36,238 bases of DNA. Source: an uncultured Lentisphaerota bacterium. Lineage in GTDB: Bacteria; Verrucomicrobiota; Kiritimatiellia; RFP12; UBA1067. Below the pieces are notes generated by a model that was not told the origin of the DNA, did not search any database, and was given only the letters and a program-made list of their open reading frames with translations. Shown piece by piece: positions 19,001 through 27,200 of the stretch. The position numbers and the translations under genes were made by a program. Position 1 is the first letter of the stretch; each line of letters starts with the position of its first letter. The DNA is taken from NCBI GenBank assembly GCA_900321575.1, contig ONWT01000047.1, positions 1 through 36,238 of the forward strand, given 5' to 3'.

Positions 19001-20809
19001 CTCTATGCCACCTATTGGGACAAATCGGGCGAGTACCATGAAGGAAACAAAGCCCACAATCTTTCGGCGAGCGAGTGGACCATGCCGGAATGGGACGAAG
19101 GGTTCCAAGACCCCAATTCGTCCGAGAAATCGTTCTCGGCCTTCACGCTTCTTGAGCCGCTCGCCCCCAAGCAGGCGTGGATAAACGAAGTGAACCTTTC
19201 CGAACCGACGAGAGCGGCATCTCAAACCAACCAGTGGATTGAGATTGCCGTCCCGAGCGGCGTCGACATGACCGGCTGGAAGCTTCGATTCATAAACAAG
19301 GAATTTCACGACGGCAGCCTTTTCACATTTGGCGGGGCGACCGCCGACGCGAAGGTTTCCAACGCCACCGAAGCGTCTGGCGACTATTCGTTCTATCTTT
19401 CCCAGAGCGTCAACACCGACCTTGCCGGAGCCAATGCAACATGGTACAAGAATCTCTCCACCAGCGAAGAGACGGGGGGCGCGCTGAACTTTGACAGGCC
19501 ATACGGTTTTGAGCTAGTGAGACCCACCGGCATCGTTGAGCATCGGGTCGTTATACAGGGCAAGAACCAGTACGAGGAGCGCGAAGGCTATGAAGATTGG
19601 GCGGTAGCTCTTTCCGGCACCAACCTTGTAAAGAATCTCAAAGAGAATGTCAGCGATGGCTGGATCTGGGGCGACAAGGATTGGTATCTTATTCCCGATA
19701 CGACAGTCGGCGTGACAAATGGCATGGGGGCCGTGCACGAAGACTGGTATTCGCCAATGGGGCGCACGCCGGGCGCTCTCAACGAGAATCAATATATTGC
19801 CCCCGGTACGTTCATAAGGCCCAACGGCGGGTATGTCTGGATATATTCCAGTCTCGAGGGCGGCAACATACGCCAGAATTGCGGCGGCGAAACCGATACG
19901 GGAGTCACTGTGACTATGGCCGAGGGCGGCACGACGAATATCGTGTTTTCGGTCGACAAGTGGTACAAGCTCGCCTGCACCGTGGAGCCTGATGAATATC
20001 AAGACTACACGCTCTCCGCTCCAAGCGTTCAGCCTGACGGTTCAATGGACTACACGCTTACGCTAAACAATGCGAGCAACAGGATAGCCGTGACCTCCCG
20101 CGCAGAGATCGCCGACGATGTCGCGGCGCTCATAAACGAGAAGGGCGAAGCATATATCCCCGCGATAATGAATTGGCTCGCGGCTGGCGTGACTCGCGAT
20201 GGCGATGGCAATGAAACGCCGTTCGAGGGTAATACTCTGACCAACGCAATCTATCGCGGTTCCGGCGACCAGAATTCGCCTATCGACCTCGTCGGCATGT
20301 ATTGGCTAGACCTTGACCCGACGAAACCCGGGTGGGAACTTTGGGGCGGCAACAAGGAAGCTGTCACGACAGTTGTGCGCGAATCTGAGAATTTCATTCG
20401 CACCAACCTTCAGGTCAAGGTCTGGCTGATGATAACGAATACGGTTGACAATACCGCATATCCACCCTATCGTCTGCAAGGGCTCAACAACGAGAAGAGC
20501 GACGAATATACAGACAATGATTGGTCGTCGGTGAACTTCAAGATATTGATGTGCAAGAACATTGGCGGCAAATGGTTTGCCATGCGCCAGTTCGTATTCG
20601 ACAAGAACTCGTTCCATCCCGCAGACGGCACAGAGGATGCTTTCTCCGCGCTCATCGAGGTGGCCGATCCCAATACGAAAGCGTCTCCAGCATATGTGGA
20701 CGAGTGGTGGAACGACGATGGCCCGGTGTTATCAAAGTGGAATCTCGACGGGGCGATTTCGCCAATAGGCGTTTCGACCTTGAAGGAGAACGATGTTTTG
20801 AAACGGTAA
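10094..20809 (+). CDS. Giant secreted protein 1 (3571 aa): signal peptide, 3 x [DUF2341-like + LamG + Ig-like], ~1650 aa unassigned beta-rich region, lamin-tail-like domain, C-terminal region
   Basis: A single uninterrupted 10.7-kb ORF. The signal peptide is MILSFRNFALAALLCLAPPVAKA|ED. The repeated motifs are FPLLVRISEAQLPGFKY...YDVDTWD..GESxxWVKxPxL...ITMYWS...VWSDYAGVWHM (DUF2341-like) and NGAIDEFRM (LamG tail). Confidence 0.9.
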   Translation: MILSFRNFALAALLCLAPPVAKAEDWGESYNSSVELTIKGQSEALTNFPLLVRISEAQLPGFKYDAENTASDNLAFVAEDGTALNYDVDTWDTSGESTIWVKIPELPTTGTTITMYWSLKEGETAPENNKTAVWSDYAGVWHMTDDSAATANAPTATQGADNVSTNGVFGYAFATVKDGEPILVVDTDDQINNLTNGTFTITFWTYLNSVSDGGTSQQYLFSRRETWANDGYAVYLHPRAPSDSVNIGLAAGDAGYKWSTTGPVNGVIRDGWMQNDIVYSKEDTKFYWYINGMLDSTHGFSIGMLDYATRPFANGAQDKIAIGGRLVTGSGADSNINGAIDEFRMRVGATDAIRAGAEYANAVQAAYLNSTDTDFIKTELVSTNGVIVDYWATQPSISTPSWIAGTLDESGFAINSGALKSGAAGEVYKCTSKNGSWSTNEVTAASLNALEPGEYLIYFRRTQDIAYSADDATVAIEVQADAGGFFDDSVTFTVKGAGTDLDDYPVLLRLSEAQLPGFKYSRANQNELSFSAEGSNVPLPYEVDEWNESGESLVWVKLPKLPAAGTVITMYWSLKEGKTAPGNDPTKVWSAYAGVWHMASAKDSSPGSASGTKSSSSSYIDGFVGKALGNNTNAGGPFITATPTDSINSLTNNGFVASFWLNINSFDVNKAFLFGRRTARYNTDGYGASFWTEDDISQIALFPGNQTQYFRHWLRGLTTNEWVHLDIVFAKRRFQCWVDGVFQTMSNAPNVPAPTCGDSDFAIGGAPGRTTDQALNGAIDEFRLIPYDASSYSARIEAEYANMTQTDYIGATDDSFIKPGMVKSGDEEFDYWSVPLEVSTNTWTVGQITAEEISVDKVPVLRSGKEVEYYYLDTLNPTNCPIASVDDIPAKLAALPEGIYRLCYASKETNAETGYVEIYVRFDMGNYTDWVDLTLNGIAEDTVITNYTLLVRVSEDNLPGFRYSRAGNGTKLAFVDETGAKLYYDVDTWNAQGESIVWVKVPFARKGSVIRFYWGIDGAVSAPSNDGKMVWSDYAGVWHMENTVVDAAGKSEDGTKHAKAAYTGTGMFAGALGRNETGSNGPIATVPSGDAINSISNDAFTVSAWVRLKSTATNWAYIFSRKAIDGTVSWGLQFRGNGNAGTYDALQAWYDGNSNRALFRDTTVFGTANEWVHVMVGYMSGEAKLWLNGVQYSTADIPTGLPSLDPTMDFYIGGLLSGHGTLNGDMDEVRIKVGAVNQAEVAAAYSNATLSAYRNSTDETFLKTGLVHVDGEPVDYWNPKLSLSSSVWEAGSAPESLAFTNGVLRSGAAVTNWCVNLTTGETALENVTVDGLKALSEGSYRIWNKSLGDYAVADVSLDFTVTKSSSVPVVGETSDGRILLMNHDWSQTKEITGQGWACTNVSKATFWEHSETNEVAKYNLKSSYISTLWTWDEGHTATNRLWHLDNCRHGNTFPSDNEEALAPDQNYLPFSAKSGSIDDDTDSTSPTDRAGVGQILMQNTDTAIVYSPCFDEGIGTIYFDAVNMMTNIVSVSTDGSLTNDCSYRIVVEFATNTTFDLPPTEANAHVFDEVTKLYAKLNDECWHPCESYMVSVSNSTMTLVGHGQNIDLNVTTGGKMDEFYRIYVPLEIRQPVRFRIRRVSTDLAKVDDPDDSFVLIDNIVASYPRMTASLGNLGYYDTAKKGSEILGYEDAFEPKFPAVGDQVRARAGISRYVNSGAEYGEPSSFFASAKMHYRWRYLNQVVGDWKVVELVPVENNRMVAKENDTLVLPGQAGDVEYWFESVLQAPYYRHVDYSGSNLEEAFNRIYTENNPVVVTNASDSSYIATCGTNWFVRLREGHSEYESMSIITRAAGDTSVCETNVMSIVSDGKWRGFVKTRSALEDGLEFRFEGVKLNDVVEGVPLRETLKWTSQVPMTNSLPATGGAVFSDGEKWEKVLCDAATGYLIFTYDESGTIGVGRGDHQNFNSWPTAAAKKGLFVGSQLDVNTSSYDSTEVDSDIANWAVSSATNKNWRESFSVGSGQIAAKIYPRDQSFSVTNLASGWTAHNASWTYERWACDFAQNGVFGGKTALQLEGCGRGIFSLESASDYPNGLDTVRFKARVAQFNNFNDFAYYNQATYDTSTHKIVNAFKQKNYAFATYTALTLNNDKAGYDGDGSVSLIACYDPTYGAYEARVSRGGQNGENLRFTLYRWSVNNGAMTCDVLGTNDFPYASVADLHRDNDNVGLMPVFYISVQEHVTENSVAGTLIHAGVSTKAINTSTSLTAGTLNNQTFDSSVYFDTSDKRLKAGTVGVLARNCAGAFLKPVKLSAPISHIGSHDMSGWETPNKINRYTNARVTFEGSLDIETCDSSDPDEYFSCWSLPPGRTLKFTKGNNNVFYWGFTGITNVSQRIAVQTATHSKSNTGTHQETDWTTVTNITVTGFADQTFDCAVRNHEQCDVRLKVLGGINDNRLDVTIDDVELTQWNGQSTPNYDTNRNNGFPEKYVYTSAWINQDNNELKTKAVKLQPARAAKASTPVSIRTPAMKGVGAFHIRWRNADSRAKFLVQQCKDTPARVDSNLISLTDAAADDTSLGWETIETLDFTDPASDYYGRTDGSETLFFTERYDEKNKTNTVLRLVADQSVVATIAADTTIALTDPEYGSIEILESYVWDLPPYDKRSWSGWNFRADGWAGEPSMWASLGDATTGLSGLLNNTVEDESCLADSKDYYRGNKPYIQSPTFEANCIGSVEFRARLYDPVFDISAGHPAVVSVYGANEIDKETGEPASWNLVTNVIVDSSSYVLKSAKLGEQYCALRFAVDGVRGITGDAGEPEYDPPLRVAIDDICVIEQPIPSIRFRTNFVRPFRNDELLKSGDLIGDIDSSAEQPIIGESFGFQAEVVLDDIENEIVVDDPEKPLRVYLAYCTSASPWGWRNWIEKAEPVELARVEDADGRLVYRSTISSPKSICPAQFIGGDSALSGKQYRLVQYHLYATYWDKSGEYHEGNKAHNLSASEWTMPEWDEGFQDPNSSEKSFSAFTLLEPLAPKQAWINEVNLSEPTRAASQTNQWIEIAVPSGVDMTGWKLRFINKEFHDGSLFTFGGATADAKVSNATEASGDYSFYLSQSVNTDLAGANATWYKNLSTSEETGGALNFDRPYGFELVRPTGIVEHRVVIQGKNQYEEREGYEDWAVALSGTNLVKNLKENVSDGWIWGDKDWYLIPDTTVGVTNGMGAVHEDWYSPMGRTPGALNENQYIAPGTFIRPNGGYVWIYSSLEGGNIRQNCGGETDTGVTVTMAEGGTTNIVFSVDKWYKLACTVEPDEYQDYTLSAPSVQPDGSMDYTLTLNNASNRIAVTSRAEIADDVAALINEKGEAYIPAIMNWLAAGVTRDGDGNETPFEGNTLTNAIYRGSGDQNSPIDLVGMYWLDLDPTKPGWELWGGNKEAVTTVVRESENFIRTNLQVKVWLMITNTVDNTAYPPYRLQGLNNEKSDEYTDNDWSSVNFKILMCKNIGGKWFAMRQFVFDKNSFHPADGTEDAFSALIEVADPNTKASPAYVDEWWNDDGPVLSKWNLDGAISPIGVSTLKENDVLKR
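10181..11533 (+). repeat. Giant 1 protein-level module 1 (DUF2341-like, LamG jelly-roll, Ig-like), about residues 30-480
   Basis: VELTIKGQSEALTNFPLLVRISEAQLPGFKYD...VWSDYAGVWHM...FTITFW...NGAIDEFRMRVG...EYAN...DYWATQPSISTPSW...VAIEVQ. Boundaries are approximate. Confidence 0.6.
11546..12859 (+). repeat. Giant 1 protein-level module 2, about residues 485-922
   Basis: VTFTVKGAGTDLDDYPVLLRLSEAQLPGFKYS...VWSAYAGVWHM...FVASFW...NGAIDEFRLIPY...EYAN...DYWSVPLEVSTNTW...YVEIYV. Synonymous sites have diverged from module 1, so the duplication is old. Confidence 0.6.
12872..14182 (+). repeat. Giant 1 protein-level module 3, about residues 927-1363
   Basis: VDLTLNGIAEDTVITNYTLLVRVSEDNLPGFRYS...VWSDYAGVWHM...FTVSAW...NGDMDEVRIKVG...AYSN...DYWNPKLSLSSSVW...LDFTVTK. 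Confidence 0.6.
19170..19560 (+). other. Lamin-tail-domain (LTD)-like segment of giant 1
   Basis: QAWINEVNLSEPTRAASQTNQWIEIAVPSGVDMTGWKLRFINK... matches my recollection of the LTD signature (INEv...-WiEl.N...vdlsGw.L). Boundaries are approximate. Confidence 0.45.
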
Positions 20810-20818
20810 TGTGAAGTG

Positions 20819-20847
20819 TTGAAAAAAAACGGATAAAGTGGTAAAAT
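20819..20847 (+). promoter_or_regulatory. Candidate internal promoter TTGAAA-17 nt-(TGg)TAAAAT for cassette 2, with an A8 tract in the spacer
   Basis: The -35 is at 20819-20824, the extended -10 TG at 20839-20840, and the -10 at 20842-20847. The -10 ends 7 nt before the ATG at 20855 and there is no SD. The A8 run spans 20822-20829. This is a motif match only. Confidence 0.35.
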
Positions 20848-20854
20848 ACAATCA

Positions 20855-21259
20855 ATGAAACTCGGTAAAGGTACGCTAATCACCCTGGCGGTGGTTGTGG
20901 CGGTCGCTGTATTGGCGGTCGCTATCGCGCTTTTGCCGAAAACGGGCGGCGGCGAAGGCGCTGGCGACGCTACGGTAGAAGTCTCGGCAGAAGCGTATAA
21001 TCAAGGCATTGCCGACATTGATTCGGTGCAGCGGGCTATTGTTGCGGAACGCGCCGCAGTCATACGGCAGATGTCGGAGATAAGCGTTGCCAAGGGCAAT
21101 GACGAAGAGGCGATTCTTGCCGACCCCGAGTGGCGCAGGCTTGAAAAGGAGTTCGCGCGGCTCAACGCCGGATATGAAGCCGCGCGCCTCGACATGATCG
21201 ATTTCAGAAAGACACGCGTCGTAAAAGACGCACCAAACGCGGAAGAAGTTTCGAAATGA
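20855..21259 (+). CDS. Small N-terminally anchored helical protein, partner of giant protein 2 (distant paralog of 9645..10097)
   Basis: The 134-aa product has one TM/signal-anchor helix, LITLAVVVAVAVLAVAIALL. The rest is helical and charged, with LADPEWRRLEKEFARLN aligning to the DPEW motif of the first small protein. Its stop overlaps the next ATG (ATGA at 21256-21259). Confidence 0.8.
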   Translation: MKLGKGTLITLAVVVAVAVLAVAIALLPKTGGGEGAGDATVEVSAEAYNQGIADIDSVQRAIVAERAAVIRQMSEISVAKGNDEEAILADPEWRRLEKEFARLNAGYEAARLDMIDFRKTRVVKDAPNAEEVSK

Positions 21260-24200
21260 GGAAGAACACCATGAAGATCAAAAACCTCGCTAAGATGACA
21301 GTTGCGGCGTTTTCGCTGCTTGCTTCGGTGACACTCGCAAAGGCCGGCGACATCTACTCGATAGATCTCGTGAGCACTTCGCTGTATGGTGGCAGGGTGC
21401 CGACCAAGGATTCGCCTCTGCTTGCCGGCGAAAAGGCCGTCATACGGGTGAGGATGGTCAATCGGGGGTGGGATGATCCCACAGCATCCGGGGGGAGGAC
21501 TTGGTATTTCAGCCCAAAGGTCGCCTTTAGCGATGAGATGGTGAAATCGCCAAGTTTTGCTCCGGCATTTGGCTTTTTGCTTGGTGGCAAAGCCATATAT
21601 GCGACATATCTTGATACAGTGAATGTCTCGACTACATATACCGATATCTTTTTTGAATATACCGTCCAGACTGGCGATCTCGCCTTGCCCGCCCTCTACA
21701 TGGGAAAGGACGGTGATCCTGTCACGAGCGAAAGCGTTACGCCAGAATACAGTTTGCGCAATTCGCTTTATTGGGCGCTGACGAATGACAAGAGCGAAAC
21801 AGCAACGCTTTCCTTTGCGGCGGCGGAGGTTTATGACGATATTACGAAGCCGACGGACCAGCCTGGTTCGCCGAACTCCGAGCCGACGGGTGATGCACTC
21901 GGCCTTTATGTGAAAACCGTCGATTTTGACGAAAACTATTCCGATCCCGATAACGCGATCTGGCGTAGCGTCGGCTACAACGATACCGATACCTCTAATG
22001 GCGTTCAGCCCTCGATAACCGTAAAAGGCGGCGTCGCCGAATCTGCGACAACTGTGTATGTCTGGGTTGAAGACGAGACCAAAGCCGAGCCTTATCCGCG
22101 CAAGTCGGCGACCCAGCCCAACGGGGCGGAAGGCTACGACGACGGCTATGGCGAGCGCCTGATTCTGCCGGTGACGATCGCCGCAGGTTCGCAGTCGCAG
22201 ACATTCCTGCTCAAGGGTCTTGCGCTTGACGAGACGGCGACCGTTTGCATGAGCTCCTCGAAAGATCGTATTAAGGTGACAGGCGGCTTCAAGACGACTT
22301 GGGTTTCCCGCAAAATAAATATCGTGCAGCTTGAGCCTTCGGTCACCCTGACTCTTAGAGATCTCAACGGCGATGCGACATCCGAACTCCAGTGCTCCGA
22401 CAATTATAAGGAGTATATAGCGACCTTGGATGTCAAGCTTTCGACGACCCCGACCGGCAACATCGATGTCGATATTTCAGCCGACCCGGATGTCCTCAAA
22501 ACGTCTCCGACGAACATTGTGCTTTCGACATCTTCCGACAAAGCGCTGAATCCGTGGGAAAGCCCTGTCACCAAGGTGTCGTTCTCGGCGGGCGACGCTA
22601 ACCCCACGAAGACCTTGTTCGTCTATGCGCTCGGCAGCTCCGATCAGATCGAGAATACAGCCGCGACATTCACACCCTCGTCGACGAGCGCCGCCGCGAC
22701 CCAGTTCACCAAGTGGAACTCCTGCAAGATGACGCTCAAGCGCGCATCGGCGACCGTCAAGCCGCAGGATAGCCAGAGCACCATCGACGATATGGAGCTT
22801 AGCAGCGATTACGATCTTACTCTCGTCGTCGGCGGCAGTTACAACGACCTCCGCAATGTCGGCGGCAATTGGACCGTAAAGTACTACTTCAAGGACGCTA
22901 CTGGCAAGATACTTGGAGGCAAAACCATCAAGAATCCTTACACGGCTACTGCGCCCGCGACCGTCACCGGCGGCGACCTGACGGGTACTTTGCTGCTGAC
23001 CATTCCGTCGGACCACATCAGCGCCGACGCCGCCTCGCTGGAGCTCTGGGTCGTTTCGCCCAGCGGCTCCGTGTCGGACCATGCGGTGATTTCGATACCG
23101 GAAGGGCCCTCTAGAGGAATGGAGGCGTTTGTCGTGGATGCCGACACGGAGGAAAATCTCTATGAGATAGAAGCCAATGAAGGCGACGTCAAGACTTTCA
23201 AGTTCAAGCTGTCCGAGAAATACAACAATGTCGCCTATGCCTTCTTGAAGCCGCAGGAAGATAGCATGACGAACTCCATATCCTGCTCGTTCTATGCCTA
23301 TGACGGCTACAAGGGCGTCACCATCGATTTGAAAAACGGCGTCTCGCGCGTTGCGAAGATGACCATGCTCGACGGCGAAGCGATAGGCAGATTCGAGGTC
23401 GTAATCTGCTCCTCCGAAGAGTATGATGCGACTAAAAAGCTCGACTACAACAGCGGCGCCGTTCTCACGGTCGCGGCGGCCAATGTGGAGCCGGTTGTTC
23501 GCGAGGTCAGGTACGGCAGCACTTCCGTAGCTCCCGGCGGAAAGCTCTCCGTGGCGCTGCCGCTCAATATCGACAGCACGTTCAGGGCTACTATCTACGA
23601 GCCCGGCAAGGGCGATCTCGCCACCTTCGAGACGCAGTGGTACTTCGACGACGATCCGTACGGCGGCGTCAACGGCGACGGTTGGTACTCCGTCGTGGGC
23701 GACCCGTCCAAGACGAACATGACCCACAAGTTCAGCTCGTCCGGCACGTGGTCCGTCAAGGTTCGTTGCCGCGACAAGGAAATGGCGGCTGAAGACGAGT
23801 GGAGCGACGAGTTCGCGTTTACCGTCAGTGTGGACGACGAACCGGCTGTAATCATCACCCCCCGCACTGGCGGATATACTTATTACGAAGACCAGACGGG
23901 CCTTGCCGAAAGCGCCTTTGATGTGAGCCTCATCGGCGCACCCGTGATATCGGCAGGCAACGATCCTCTCAAGGTTCGCCTCACGGTGCAGAATCTCGGC
24001 GCAAGCGGCCTTGTCGAGCTTTCGACCAACCTGGTCACGTTCACCACCCGCCAAGACGGACGCAGCGGCAACGACGCGCTCTCACATAGCTTCTATTTCA
24101 AGGCTCTTAACGGAACTATCGATTCGGGCAACGAGGGCTTTGCCATCACCGCGACCGTTGAGAACCCGGAGGTTGACACACTGGGCAGAACGTGGAATCC

Positions 24201-27200
24201 GACAACGATGAATGTGTTCATCCTGAACCGTCCTCCAGTGTTGAACAAGCCCGAGGAGCGCAACGACAGCGAGGGCAAGCCACTTGTCACTACGACGCAT
24301 ATCGGCGAAACAATCACTATACCATGGGCCGTCAACGATGTCCTTGCCGACAAGACGAACCTTACGGTGACCGCCACGACCGACGAAGGCAAGACATGGA
24401 CGACCAACACCTTCACGGCCGGCACCTCGGGCCAGTTTGAAGTCAGGTTCGACGAGGCCGGCGCCTCGAAGACAATTACGATAACGGTTACCGATCCCGA
24501 GCTCGATTCAAACTCCGCCACTCTCTACTACACCATTGCGGCTTCCAAGGTTCTCAACATTGCCGCGACCGGTCCCTCAAGCGGCGACGCGTCTATCGCA
24601 CTCTCCAGCCGCTATGCCCGCGCGAAGGGTCTGGGTGCAGGCCGCGTCTTCGTCAGCAAGAGCGACGCCACGTTCGCACGCGCCGAAGACTTCAACCTCT
24701 TCTGGAACTGCGGCATGAAGACGACTGTCTATGCGTATGGCTACGGCTATCAGCCGGACGATACGGACGACGGCACCCTTATTGGCGATCTCGACATAGC
24801 GCTCGACGAGGATGGCAATACATATGATATCGGCGACAGCTACTACACGTACAACCCCGCCGACAACTGCGGCAGCTTCTTCTACGGATGGTTGAAGGCC
24901 AAGGAAGCGGGCGGCAAGGATTATGAGCTGACGCCGTCCCCTGAAATCCGCAGCGTGAAGAACGGCAAGGTAAAAGCTACATCTACGCGCGGTTCGATAG
25001 ACCTGCCGCAAGACAAGACCGAAGACGAGCAGGGCTATGCGCAAACTTACGCAGAGGCCGTCTTCGCGAAGGAATATAAAGAGTCCGACAATATGGGCGA
25101 CATCAATGCCGATGGCGTTCCGGACTACTTCGCCATACTTGACTATGCCAACGGCCGTCTTGCTGAGCCCGATGGCCAAGGCGCGGAACTCGCCGCCGTC
25201 AACGCGCTCAACGATGACGAGGACTATCTGCCCGGCAACGCGCAGATTGTCGGTGCCAGCTTCATACCCGGCGAGACCAGCGGCTGGTCTACGCGCGGCG
25301 CTCCCTTCACCGCCCGCATGGAGATTCGCGGTTTCGGCGGAGCGGACGAAGGCGGAGCGGACGAAGCCGAAGATCTCAACGCCACAGCATATGGCGGCCT
25401 CAACTACGGCATGTTCAAGTTCGGCGCTGAACTCGAAACGGGATGGGTTTCCGACTTGGATCTCACCCAGAACGAGAAGATTTCCCTCCTGAACCATGTG
25501 TTCGCCCGCCGCGATGCCATCTTGAACAGGCGTTACACGCAGCGCCCGGGTGCAAACAAGTTTGATGGCGGAGACTGGGTTGTCGTCACCAACCTGCTCT
25601 CTACTCTCATCCGCAGCGATACTAGCTATTACGAAAACGGCGCTAATGCCAGAAAAGCCTATATTGCAGGGTTCAACGATTCTGGCGAGGATGCCATAGA
25701 CGGGTGGAACGAGGGCTTGGGCTTGGGGCACAAGATTCTTGTCCCAGTCACAAATGTTGTTGCTGCCGTCATCGGCAAGGAAGAGCTGTATCCGGCTATA
25801 ACAAATGTCACAACCAACGTCTGCTGGGTCTCCGAGTCGTATACGACTGCCGGCCATGTCCCGAGAGCAATCACAAACACTGTTGAAGTTGTCACAAACA
25901 TCTACACTGTCGGCACGACGGTGACGACGAATCTCTTCTGGCGCACTCCGTACGACAGCATTACGATCGCCGATGTCAATGTCGGCGAGTGGCTGAACCG
26001 CAAGGCTTCTGAGACTGCGTTCGATATAGCCCAGAAGGCCGCAAAGGAATACATAGACCACATTTGGAGCCATTATCTCAACCGCGATACGTCCGAATGG
26101 GGGTGGACATGCGAAAACCGCACCGATCCCACGCTTGACGACACCGACGGCGACGGATTCCCCGACGGCTACGAATATTATATCTGGTACAGCGCCGTCG
26201 TCGGGTTCAACGGCAATACGCTATCGGGCTACAGGCTTGACGTTGCCGACCGCGACAGCAGAGGCATCCCGATCACATCCGACGAGATCGCCCGCCTCTA
26301 CAACCCGAATGTCGAAGGCAACATCCATCGCGATACGGATAACGACGGCATTGCCGACTACGAGGAAATGGTTCTCGGCACAAATCCGTTCGACTGGGAT
26401 ACAGACGGCGATGGTCTTAGCGACGGGTATGAACTGACATACAATATGGATCCTCTCTCAGCTTCCGGAGAGCATGGTTGCGACATGAACACGGATGGCG
26501 ACTTTATGGCGTTCGTGGATGTCGCCGACAACAACGAGCGAGAGGAATTCAAGAACCTCCTCCAATACAGATACATATATACAGCTACAAACGGGACAAC
26601 CTGGGCGTTCTCGACGAATCTTACCGCCGAAATACGCTACATTGCGCAACGCTACCCGGCGACAAACGTCTTCGAACTTGCGGGCGTCAAAGCTTTCAAG
26701 GTCGGTAAATACGGTGTTACTAAGTATACCGACGATTCGGGCGTTACCAAGTACTATGACGACTACTACATACCTGCTACGGAAAAGCTCGACAAACTGC
26801 TGGAGTTCTTGGATCCTGACGCGACGGCATATGAGTTCGATTCCGCCTGGACGAACGCCGCCACTTTCGTGATCAATCCGCAGATTGCGCCCGTCACGCT
26901 CCGCGTTGATAAGCGCAATACCGGCCTTCCGGAGCCGCCTGACGTGGCTATGGGTCTATTCCATCATCAGGTGCACAGTGCGCTCGGCTTCGACCCCCGC
27001 ACGGGCTGGTACTCCAGCGGAAACGGGCTTTCCATGACGTCTCGCTGGAAGAACAATGCGGGTAGCGTTGTTCCCGGCGGCGCCCCGCAGAATACGGTCG
27101 CTTACACGGCCAAGTACGAATACAATTTGCCGAAGTACCTCAAAATTGTCAACAGCGACGTCGTATGGAACCCGACCAATCCGGGCGTCCCGTACGAGGC

